64,000 nucleotides of DNA. Origin: Eledone cirrhosa (lineage: Eukaryota). Positions 13,255 to 24,396 of the stretch are shown in pieces (position 1 is the stretch's first letter; every line of letters starts with the position of its first letter). The position numbers and the translations under genes were made by a program. The stretch spans positions 10,292,001-10,356,000 of the forward strand of contig OZ024756.1 in NCBI GenBank assembly GCA_964016885.1, in the 5' to 3' direction. The notes under the pieces are model-generated. The model ran no database searches. It had not been told where the DNA came from and saw nothing but the letters and a program-made list of their open reading frames with translations.

Positions 13255-13715
13255 TCCACACTGTAAACATGGTTGGTGTTAAGAAGGGAATCAAGCTGTA
13301 AAATACCCGACCAAATTTACAGACCTCGCCTGAGCCAGGTGCGACACATGGCCAACCCTGGCCAGACTTGCCTCCTGGCATGGATGACCCGTCTAACCCA
13401 TGCAAGAATGAAAAAATGGACGTTAAATGGTGATGACACAGACATATATATATGTCCCACCCACACTGGACATGTAAAAGACACAGCAAAAAGCACCGAG
13501 CCCACACTGTAAAGTGGACATGTAGGTGTCTTGGGAAATGCATCCAGACCACACTGTCAATGTGGTTGGCGTTAGGAAGGGCATCCAGTCGAAGAAAGCT
13601 AGCCAGAAACACTCCAATATGAGTGAGACACGGTCACCTGACACAAATTGCCTCTAAATGGGACCTGTCTAACCCATGCTAGCGTGGAAGATGGACGTTA
13701 ATTGATGTTGATGAT
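13255..13715 (+). mobile_element. Two tandem RTE-tail/SINE 3' fragments, present in each unit
   Basis: GGTTGG(T/C)GTTA(A/G)GAAGGG...CTAACCCATGC...GGACGTTAA-GATGAT occurs twice and matches 1445-1605. Confidence 0.75.
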
Positions 13716-13917
13716 ATATAATAAAATGTTGTAGTTTGCTTGAAGCATTCTATATAATATATAACGTTGAAAGAGATAGAAGGCTAAACAATGCAAAATG
13801 GACTGTAAGATTAGGTAACGAAAAGTAAAAGTTACCTGGTAATCTTTGTTTTGTTTTTTTGTTGTTGTTCTTTTATTTGTTGAATATTGCGGGACCTAAA
13901 AGTCCTTTCTTCAGGGT

Positions 13918-14142
13918 TTAACCCTTTAGCATTTACATTAATACATATATACTATTATATTTCCATGGTAAACGCTTTACCTCACATATGTCACATAATA
14001 GCGAATCTATGCGATTTTTATATTATTTATATTGAAAACAATACCATAACATCATTATGAGTCGCCAAATACGGCTGGATTAAAACGAAAATGGGGACAA
14101 AATTCTGGCCGCTTACGGCCAGTTTAAATGTTGAAGTGTTAA
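13918..14142. mobile_element. TTAA-flanked piggyBac-like MITE, present in each unit
   Basis: TTAA|CCCTTTAGCATTTA ... TAAATGTT(G/A)AAGTG|TTAA imperfect terminal inverted repeats. Confidence 0.6.
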
Positions 14143-14239
14143 GCAACTTTCATTGGATAATGTTCCAATTTCCTCTCTTTGCGATTAAATTTTGACTTTT
14201 ATTAAAAAATTTTCTAAGTCATTTTCAAGCATTTTATAA

Positions 14240-15722
14240 AATTGATGGGAGCTTTGAAGTAGGAAGACAGTTTGAAGTGATAAAAGCTGACCTCACACAA
14301 TTGATGGAAGCTATGGAGTAAGAAGACCTAGTTTGAGGTGATAAAAGCTGACTTCACACAATTGATGGAAGCTATAGAGTAGAAAGACCTGGGATGAGGT
14401 GATAAAAGCTGACCTCACACAATTGATGGAAGCTATAGACTAAGAAGACCTAATTTGAGGTGATAAAAGATGACTTCACACAATTGATGGAAGCTATGGA
14501 GTAAGAAGACCTAGTTTGAAGTGATAAAAGCTGACCTCATACAATTGATGGAAGCTATGGAGTAAGAAGACCTAGTTTGAGGTGATAAAAGCTGACTTCA
14601 CACAATTGATGGAAGCTATAGAGTAAGAAGACCTGGGATGAGGTGATAAAAGCTGACCTCACACAATTGATGGAAGCTATAGACTAAGAAGACCTAATTT
14701 GAGGTGATAAAAGATGACTTCACACAATTGATGGAAGCTATGGAGTAAGAAGACCTAGTTTGAAGTGATAAAAGCTGACCTCATACAATTGATGGAAGCT
14801 ATGGAGTAAGAAGACCTAGTTTGAGGGGATAAAAGCTGACTTCACACAATTGATGGAAGCTATGGAGTAAGAAGACCTGGGATGAGGTGATAAAAGCTGA
14901 CTTCACACAATTGATGGAAGCTATAGAGTAAGAAGACCTAATTTGAGGTGATAAAAGATGACTTCACACAATTGATGGAAGCTATAGAGTAGAAAGACCT
15001 GGGATGAGGTGATAAAAGCTGACTTCACACAATTGATGGAAGCTATAGAGTAAGAAGACCTAGTTTGAGGTGATAAAAGCTGACTTCACACAATTGATGG
15101 CAGCTATGGAGTAAGAAGACCTAGTTTGAGGTGATAAAAGCTGACTTCACACAATTGATGGAAGCTATGGAGTAAGAAGACCTAATTTGAAGTGATAAAA
15201 GCTGACCTCATACAATTGATGGAAGCTATGGAGTAAGAAGAGCTAGTTTGAGGTGATAAAAGCTGACTTCACACAATTGATGGAAGCTATGGAGTAGGAA
15301 GACCTAATTTGAGGTGATAAAAGCTGACTTCACACAATTGATGGAAGCTATGGAGTAGGAAGACCTAATTTGAGGTGATAAAAGCTGACTTCACACAATT
15401 GATGGAAGCTATGGAGTAAGAAGACCTAGTTTGAGGTGATAAAAGCTGACCTCACACAATTGATGGAAGCTATGGAGTAGAAAGACCTAATTTGAGGTGA
15501 TAAAAGCTGACTTCACACAATTGATGGAAGCTATAGAGTAGGAAGACCTGGGATGAGGTGATAAAAGCTGACTTCACACAATTGATGGAAGCTATAGAGT
15601 AGGAAGACCTGGGATGAGGTGATAAAAGCTGACTTCACACAATTGATGGAAGCTATAGAGTAGGAAGACCTGGGATGAGGTGATAAAAGCTGACTTCACA
15701 CAATTGATGGAAGCTATGGAGT
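14240..15722 (+). repeat. 61-bp minisatellite, ~24 monomers, RTE-ORF-derived (unit A)
   Basis: Monomer AATTGATGGAAGCTATGGAGTAAGAAGACCTAGTTTGAGGTGATAAAAGCTGACTTCACAC. Confidence 0.97.
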
Positions 15723-15729
15723 AGTAAGA

Positions 15730-16046
15730 TAAGTAGGGTTGTTTGAGGAAGAACAGCAGTCACCCATGTATACCAGTCTCTCACTCCACGCCACCGATGT
15801 TGTTCAAGGGAAAGGCAATGGCTGATACAGCTTGTTACCAGTGACATCACAACATATATATACACTATATATATATATTATATATACACTGTGTACACTA
15901 TGTATTATACACTATATATGATGTTGTCCAAGGGAAAGGTAATGACTGATACAGCTTGGCACCAGTGATTTCACAACATATATACTATATATACTATATA
16001 TATACACTATATATATATTATATATACACTATGTACAGCATATATA
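15730..16046 (-). mobile_element. 3' part of the minus-strand SINE with two more 52-bp repeats, separated from its head by the LINE
   Basis: Same GGAAAGG-AATG-CTGATACAGCTTG-ACCAGTGA repeat at ~15802 and ~15925, continuing into non-repeated SINE-like body. Confidence 0.65.
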
Positions 16047-18536
16047 GAATTCAAATTCTCCCCTTTTCTCTCGGATTTTCAATAAATATCATACATGTTT
16101 TTAATAATATGTCTCATTCTGTTGGACCCTTCCTAAAAACTAATCTTCTCCTAAAGTTACCCATTTCCCACCCCTCAGACACCACCATTGCTATATGGCC
16201 CAATCATAACTCAGCAGCTTATAGTAAGTTCTCTAACAAATCAGTATAGCAAAGCTACCACCTCAGTTACTACTCCTTAAATTTAGACTTGTTTGATGGG
16301 TGGACTGCAGAATTTGGAAAGTCTAAGCACTCAATGACAATGTCACAGATAAAGATAAAATCTACTCCCGCTGCAGGATGACCAACATAATTCCGTCTCC
16401 CACACCTTTCCCTGCCCCTCCATCCCACCCTCCCAACTTCAGAGTTGGTACCATGAACGTAGGCACATTGAAAGGTTGCTCAAATGAGATTGTAGAGATG
16501 CTTGAACGTAAAGAAGTTGATGTTTGTTGTATTCAAGAGACTAGGTGGAGAGGTGGGTCTGCCAGATTCATCGTGGGTAAAAAAACGATGCTATAAACTT
16601 TTCTGGGTGGGAAATGACAACGGACTGGGTGGTGTAGGAATTATGTTAGCTGAAAAATGGGTAGATAAGGTAATTGACGTAAATAGAGTGGGACATACTA
16701 TGGCCACCCGTATAGTTAACCAAGTAATACAGAATGGGGTCATACCAAAAGACTGGCATAGCAGCATCATCATTAACTGCTACAAGGGTAAAGGGGATGC
16801 TCTAGATAGGGGAAACTATAGAGGCATTAAGTTAGTTGACCAGGTCATGAAGGTCACAGAAAGAGTTATAGCGCAACTAATCAGAGAGCGAATTGATCTA
16901 GATGAAATGCAGTTTGGGTTTGTGTCAGGTAAAAGTACCACAGACGCTCTTTTCCTTGTACGACAACTACAGGAGAAGTACCTAGCTAAAAGTAAACCCC
17001 TTTACTTAGCTTTTGTAGACCTGGAGAAAGCCTTTGACAGAGTCCCCTGCTCCATTATCTGGTGGGCTCTTAGAAAACTAGGTGTAGATGAATGGCTTGT
17101 GAGAGCTATACAAGCTATGTATAAAGAAACAGTCAGTAAAGTTAGAATTAACAATGAATATTGTGAAGAATTTAGTGTAAAAGTTGGTGTTGATCAAGGC
17201 TATGTCCTTAGCCCCCTCCTATTTATTATTTCCCTTCAGGCTATAACAGAGGAGTTCAAGACCATCTGCCCATGGGAACTCCTATACGCAGATGATCTAA
17301 CTCTCATAGCTGAATCTATGGCTGAACTAGAGAAGAAATTCCAAACATGGAAGCATGGCCTAGAATCAAAAGGCCTTAAATTTAACTTGTCTAAGACTAA
17401 AGTTCTAGTTTGTAGAAAGGAAAATAGGGCACAGGTGCCCTCAGGGAAATGGCCATGCTCAGTGCGTAGGAAAGGAGTAGGCAGAAATTCCATTTTATGT
17501 CCCAAATGGCAAACTAAAAGATGTAGTGGGATCACAGGTAAACTATCTAAGAACGTAGACTTTATATATGGCCGGTGCTCAGGTGCAATAGGTAGCAAGT
17601 GTTCACAGGATACTAGCTCCTTCTATTGCCCAGATGGTTCTATAGAAATTGTGGACAATTTCCGTTACCTGGGTGCCACAATCAGCAGTGGTGGAGGGTG
17701 CTCTGAAAGTACAGTAGCCAGAGTCAGAACGGGATGGAAAAAGTTCAGAGAGCTTATACCGCTGTTGGCCGCTAAAGATTTCTCTCTAAAAATGAAAGGC
17801 AGATTGTATGATGCCTGTATACGAACAGCAATGCTACATGGCAATGAGACATGGGCATTACGTGCAGAGGACCTGTGCAGACTGGAAAGGAACGAAGCAT
17901 GCATGCTCCGTTGGATGTGTAATAGTAATATACGTGAACGGCAAAGCATAAATGAACTAAGTGAGAAATTAGGAATAAGAGGGATCAGATGCTGTTTACT
18001 TGAGAGAAGACTACGTTGGTATGGTCACGTGATGCACATGAAAGACGACAGCTGTATAAAAAAGTGCAGGGCGATCAAAATTGATGGTAGTTACGGAATA
18101 GGTAGACCCAGAAAAACCTAGGACAATCTGCTAAATTCTGACCTTACACACACCGCTCTAAGACAATGTCACTACACAGTAATACAGAAAACCCGAGTTG
18201 CCTATGTACAAAGCGAAACCTAGTCAGTAGCCACCTCTTAACCAAATATACACCCCAATCCACTACCCTATCCTACCACTCCCACCAACACCACCCTCTC
18301 TCTGTAAAGTTGGTACCACAACACCCAGTCCAAATAAATGAGATAATGAGATCGTGATCGTGTAAAAAGTTCCGTGGTTGGTGTTAGGAAGGGCATCCAG
18401 CCGTAGAAAACCTGCCAGATAGCCCTATACGAGCGAGACACGGTCACCCGACCAACCTTGCCTCAAGTGGAACAACTCCCGTCTAACCCATGCTAGCATG
18501 GAAGATGGACATTAAACGAAGATGATGATGATGATG
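16047..18536 (+). mobile_element. Internally deleted RTE-clade LINE (unit A)
   Basis: APE N-terminus (FRVGTMNVGTL...DVCCIQETRWRG), frameshift in the A7 run at 16579, RT domain and (GAT)n tail; 5' boundary approximate. Confidence 0.92.
16502..18121 (+). CDS. Open frame, 539 aa (TTG start): endonuclease remnant fused to non-LTR reverse transcriptase; probably a pseudogene
   Basis: NYRGIKL, QFGF, FVDLEKAFD, QGYVLSP, YADD and YLG motifs; premature TAG at conserved RKTW. Confidence 0.6.
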   Translation: MNVKKLMFVVFKRLGGEVGLPDSSWVKKRCYKLFWVGNDNGLGGVGIMLAEKWVDKVIDVNRVGHTMATRIVNQVIQNGVIPKDWHSSIIINCYKGKGDALDRGNYRGIKLVDQVMKVTERVIAQLIRERIDLDEMQFGFVSGKSTTDALFLVRQLQEKYLAKSKPLYLAFVDLEKAFDRVPCSIIWWALRKLGVDEWLVRAIQAMYKETVSKVRINNEYCEEFSVKVGVDQGYVLSPLLFIISLQAITEEFKTICPWELLYADDLTLIAESMAELEKKFQTWKHGLESKGLKFNLSKTKVLVCRKENRAQVPSGKWPCSVRRKGVGRNSILCPKWQTKRCSGITGKLSKNVDFIYGRCSGAIGSKCSQDTSSFYCPDGSIEIVDNFRYLGATISSGGGCSESTVARVRTGWKKFRELIPLLAAKDFSLKMKGRLYDACIRTAMLHGNETWALRAEDLCRLERNEACMLRWMCNSNIRERQSINELSEKLGIRGIRCCLLERRLRWYGHVMHMKDDSCIKKCRAIKIDGSYGIGRPRKT

Positions 18537-21101
18537 TATATACATATTATAGATACAATATGTACAGTATATATTATACACTATATACGATGTCCAAGAG
18601 AAAGGCAATGGCTGATACAGCTTGGCACCAGTGATATCACAGCATATATACTTTATATACATATATATACACTATGAACAATATATATACACTATGTACA
18701 GTATATATATACTATACACATAATATATACACTGTGTACAGTATCTATACACTATATATGATGTCCAAGAGAAAGGTAATGGCTGATACAGATTGCCACA
18801 AGTGACATCAAAACATTTATATATACTGTATATATACACTATATACATATTATACACTATATATGTTGTCCAAGAAAAAGGCTATGGCCGATACAGCTTG
18901 GTACTAGTGACATCACAGCCTATATATACACTATATATATTATACAGTATATATATACACTATATATATATGTCCAAGAGAAAGGTTATGGCCGATACAG
19001 CTTGGCACCAGTGACATCACAACTCATTTCTACAGCTGAGTAAACTGGAGCAACGTGAAATAAAGTGTCTTGCTCAAGGACACAACACATCACCCGGTCC
19101 GAGAATTGAACTCACCACCTTTTAATTGCAAGCCCAATGCTGTAACCACTAAGCCATGATACGTTCCAGACGCAACTGTGATATATGGAGACCATAAAGA
19201 CAACCGGTCTTTCCATAGTTTAAGCCTTAAAATACCTCTCATACACGCTTTAAGTACATATAAACTCATTAAAACACACTTTTGTATTTAAACACAAAAA
19301 AACAACCAGTAACGATCGTATAGAAACTACCAACCATTGTACACTAGTTACCAATTAGGACCATTGCCAGCCACGGTAGCCACTTGGTAATACACTGCAC
19401 ATCTCCCATCAATCTATGAAGGGTTTGTAGTAGATTAGAGAAAAACACAATCAGTAAAAAAAGTAATGGAATGAAAAATAAAAACATTTGTTCATAATTA
19501 AAGCCTTAAGATGTCCCTTCCTTACGATATACACTTTAATAACATTGAAACTTATTTAATAAGTTTAAAATTTAAACACTTTTTATTCAGACGTACCGCG
19601 ATAAGAAAATAGATATGTTCTAACGAAAAATCCGCGATGTGGCGAGGATTACCGCGATAGGAAATTAGATACGTTCCAAAGAAATATCCGCGATGTAACG
19701 GGACCGCGAAAAGTGAACCGCGATATAGCGGGGGTTTACTGTATATATACACACACAACATACATCTATCTATATACACTCATAATATTTATTTCGATTT
19801 TTGACATTAAAATGTTGACTGAGGGTGTGACAACTGTTTCTTGTTTGAGGTTGTTCCAGTGGTTGAAATATAGACGGAGGTATTTTAAATAATAAAGACA
19901 GTCATAATAACAATATATTTTATATTACATGTAACAGTGGAATCTGATGATTGAAAAATAACACATCAACATTTCAGTTTGGAAGGTTTTTTTCTAAATA
20001 TAAAAGTGGAGGAAGAAATATATTTTTCCAATGTTTTTTATATATTTTCACTTGTATATAATTACTGGATCGCTGTAGGGTTCAAATAATTATATTATTT
20101 TGGCAGTATCAGTAGAGAGTCGGACGCCATGCTTTCCACCATAGTTACGTCCCTTTACGGTCTGAGTTCAAATCGCGCCGAGGTAACCTTTGCCTTTCAT
20201 CCTTACGGGGTCGATAAAATAAAGTACCAGTAATGTACTTGATTATTGCTGGCCTTGTGCCAAAAGTAGAAACAATTAATATAGACATTAAGTAAATCTT
20301 TGTCAACTTACCTCCTTCACATATAATCAATGTGTTGTGTTGTTAGTTGTTACTAAACAACCAAAGAAATAATCTCTTTGTTATCAAATTAGAAGTTTCA
20401 AAGATGTTATCAGCTTTATTTCACGACATTAACGTTGGTGTATCTTCTTCATCTTTAGTCATAAATTGATATCTTGTCAGAAAGAAGTAGTGAGGCTGAC
20501 TTTATGTCTTTAGCTATAGATTTGATAGGAAATATACATATATTATGTTGATATGTGGTCTAAAATATATATATTGTCTGTAATTGATTGATAGCAGATG
20601 TTCTGGTGAAATAGTAGTTTTACTACTACAGATTGTAATGGAACTCTTAATAGACACAATTGTAAAGTAAGAATAGATATGACAGTGAAAGACTGATGTC
20701 GGGGAATTAAAATTGTGTATATATATATATATATATAATTGTTACACAAGATATAATTAGATTAATTAAAGTTATAATGAAGACAGCAGGTACCCGGTAT
20801 CTTTGGAAATGATTTAACTCCCTTACTGGTGTCATACGTTAAAAGTCCCTGATATAATTTAATACCTTCAGACGCACAGTTCCAATCGTATTTAATTTAT
20901 TGTAAATCAGAAAGTATCACTCAATAAAAATATCAATTATATATCTACGTAGTCTCTCACCCCGCTAGAAATAGCAGTGAAATTATCCATTACAGATTTT
21001 TTTCTTTAAACTCTTACGTTTAGTTAAACAATAACAAGCAAGTCTTTTGTACAGACTTCAGAGTAAGCTCGAAAACCGCCAGAATATCATCCTTCTTCTT
21101 G

Positions 21102-21138
<37 letters not shown>

Positions 21139-24100
21139 CTAGCAAATGACCCCCGTCCATTGGACGGTGTCAGTTCTTGGTACAGGTTGTACTGGGATAC
21201 ATGTTACCAGTAGCACCAACTGGTGACCTGACATAGGGCAAAGGAGTTCTTAAGAGTCAATGGCCATCCAAAATCACCGGGAGAGATGACCCCTTAGCCT
21301 TTGTCAAGTCAGAATTCTAGGAGAAGGAAAACTCTGATATAACACCTGCAACCCTGATGGTATCCAATGATGTTGACTTATTCTTCTTTTTGGTAAATAT
21401 CATCTTGGTTAAGAGAGTGGGACTGGCTTTGTGCAGTGCCTTTGCTCACTATAAAAGCTTCACGGCACAGGCATTGCTTTATATCTGGAGATCTCTCTGC
21501 ACTTGTCGTCACATGGTACCATGGGCCCAGCACTATGTGTCAATAATTGTCACAAGTGTAGTGTTTGTACCAGAGTTTTCAAGTCGCTGGCTGGACTAAA
21601 AAGTCACACTCGTTCAGCGCATCGGTAGGGGTTCTCCTACATGGATATAAAGTAGTGGCCGTACTCGAAAACGAGTTGGCAGCCACTTTTTTTTATGTAT
21701 GTATGTATGTGTGTGTGTGTGTGTAGTTGACGGTTGAGAGAAGAGTACTCAATACCGAAGTAATCTTGTAATGAGGCTTGCAGAATGGTGAGTCCGACAT
21801 TCTGGACGCTGCTGCCTTGTAGAAGTCCCAAATCGAAGCTGTGACACTCTCGTCCCCATCATTCAGCAGGGATTTTGCCAGGCAGCCGCATCATCTCCGA
21901 TGGTTGGGCTTCTTATTCGGAAATTGAAGGTGGGATTTACGTTCATGATGTTGTGGTGCACGAACGGAACTTTGTAGATCCTGCGGACCTTGATGTGCAC
22001 ACACAGCTCATAGAGAACACATGGAGCCGTGCAAAGAAGAAGCTTCGTCGCCAGCATGTTTCGTTTAAGCACACACACAAAATGTAAACACGACGTTCGA
22101 AAATGAAAATAAATTTACTTTCATTATTGCGACCGCTAATTCATGTATGCCTCTCTCTCTCTCTATATATATATACATGCACACACACACATAATATATA
22201 TACAGTGAAATTCCGTTATAACGAAATTCACGCAGTATAAAAATAATTCGTTGTAACGAAACATTTTATATAACCGTTTGTTTGTTGTTCAATTGTATTT
22301 TAGTTATGGTGTTTCACATGTTATAACACAGGGAAGTATAGAGTCCAAGTGAAAATATAAGACAACATATAATCTAAGAAGGTTAAAGAAAAGAAGGAAA
22401 AACAAGTGAAAAGAAAGAAAAAGTTAAAAGGAAAAGGTAGAAAAAAACCATTCAAATAATTATTCTCATTTAGAAAGTATTTTTTATGTTGGCCAGCTAA
22501 AATCTTTCCTCCACTCAATTGTATCAAGTTCATTAGTTAATCCTAACTTTCCTGTAAAATATTACTGATTTCAACAAGAACTTTTTGGCTAAAACCACTA
22601 ACAATAACAAATATGTTTGTTTCAAGAGAAGACCCCTATGTGGTTACTTGACCTGTTGGAAATAGCAGCCAAATTTCTTTCAGGTCACATTACCTTCTTG
22701 AATTAGGAAAGGGCTGTTTGGTCGGTTGCTTTAAGCCACAGTTTAGAGACAATCGGGAACTAAACGGGGGTTAGTTCCCTAATGATATATATATCAGGAT
22801 TGAGTAATCCAAGTTTCAGTTTGACATATTATTCGTAATCACGTGTAACACGTGTTTCATGAATGTATTATATTTATTTCTTCTCCACTGTTTTTGATAC
22901 ATCTCAAAATTCTGTTTAGGCAGCCGTCCCTGCTGGGCGGGTTTTTTAGGGCTCCACTTAAGTCAACATAAGCAACACATACAACCACGTGTGACTACAC
23001 ACCAAAAACAAGAAATCAATCACTGAAATATTGACTTAAATAGTCCTTACAAACCTAAGGTAACACAACAAAAGCCTACTTGGTCTTACCTGGACGAAAG
23101 CTAGGAAATTCCACAATTTATTATTCATCTGAACATTATCTCCATAATTATGTGGTTGGTGCCAGTAAATCTCTCAACAAGATTTCTGCTGTTAACCTGG
23201 CTTCCACACACTGAAGCATTAACACTGCAGTAACTCAACCACTCTTATAACACGTGGGTTACATTTACAAGCAAAAGAAAAGAAAACACGTAAAGATTAA
23301 TTCAAATACAAACAGAAAGAAAGATCTATCGCCTTGCTTCTCCACATTTTTATTGGAGATTCTCATCCAACATCTGCTAACACAATAAGTTAGTTTCAGA
23401 AGCCCCAAGTTCGAGAAGTGATTCAGTAATCTTGGTAAAGTTAAACCTACATAAGTAGATATAATTCAGACTAAGGGTCAGACCTGCTTTTATGAGTAGT
23501 AAGAGACAATAATATATGGAAGGAGGAGGAGTGAGAGAGATAGAAAGACAAAACTGTGTTAATTCTCTCTCCCCCCTCTCTTCTTTTACTCTATCTACCT
23601 CTTAAGTGTTCATTTCACTGTTTTATTGTCTTACTAGCAGTGTATCCCGGAATTGATCATGGTCTGTAATCACCGCATACGAAAAACATTTAAATACTAT
23701 AAACCTAATTAAATATTCTAAACAGCAACTCACTATAATTCCGTATAGAATAACATTTATTAGTACCTCTTTCTCCTAATTATATGCTTTCATGCTTATT
23801 TTTGCCTTTTAATGTTTTAGCTTCCTTAGATTTATGCGTTAATGACTAAAGGCAACTGACTGCTAGAAATAGCAGCGATATTATCCATTACAACTTAGTC
23901 TTTTTTGTTTAAAATCTCCAAAGTTTAGTTATACAATCAACAGTAAGCCTTTTGTACAGACTTCGGAATAAACTGGAAGACCGTCAAAATATCATTCTCC
24001 TTCTCTCTCTCTTTAAGCAAAGAATCGTTGCTTTCACCCTTAACGGGATCTTCTGAAACTCATTATTTTAATAAATAGTTGCTCTACGGCTTATATATAC

Positions 24101-24142
24101 ATATATATATTATCCTTATCGAATCCCGTACAGATTTTGGTC

Positions 24143-24396
<254 letters not shown>

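Noticed and set aside
14240-15722. CRISPR array
   Set aside because: Monomers are contiguous with no unique spacers, no cas genes are present, the context is eukaryotic and the unit is LINE-derived.
11133-18121. Diversity-generating retroelement (RT next to a hypervariable gene)
   Set aside because: The RT is an ordinary non-LTR RTE-type enzyme with YADD, there is no TR/VR pair, and finger variation (CGA/GAA/GTA/GCA/CTA; CAC/AAC/TAC/TCC) is not adenine-specific against any template.
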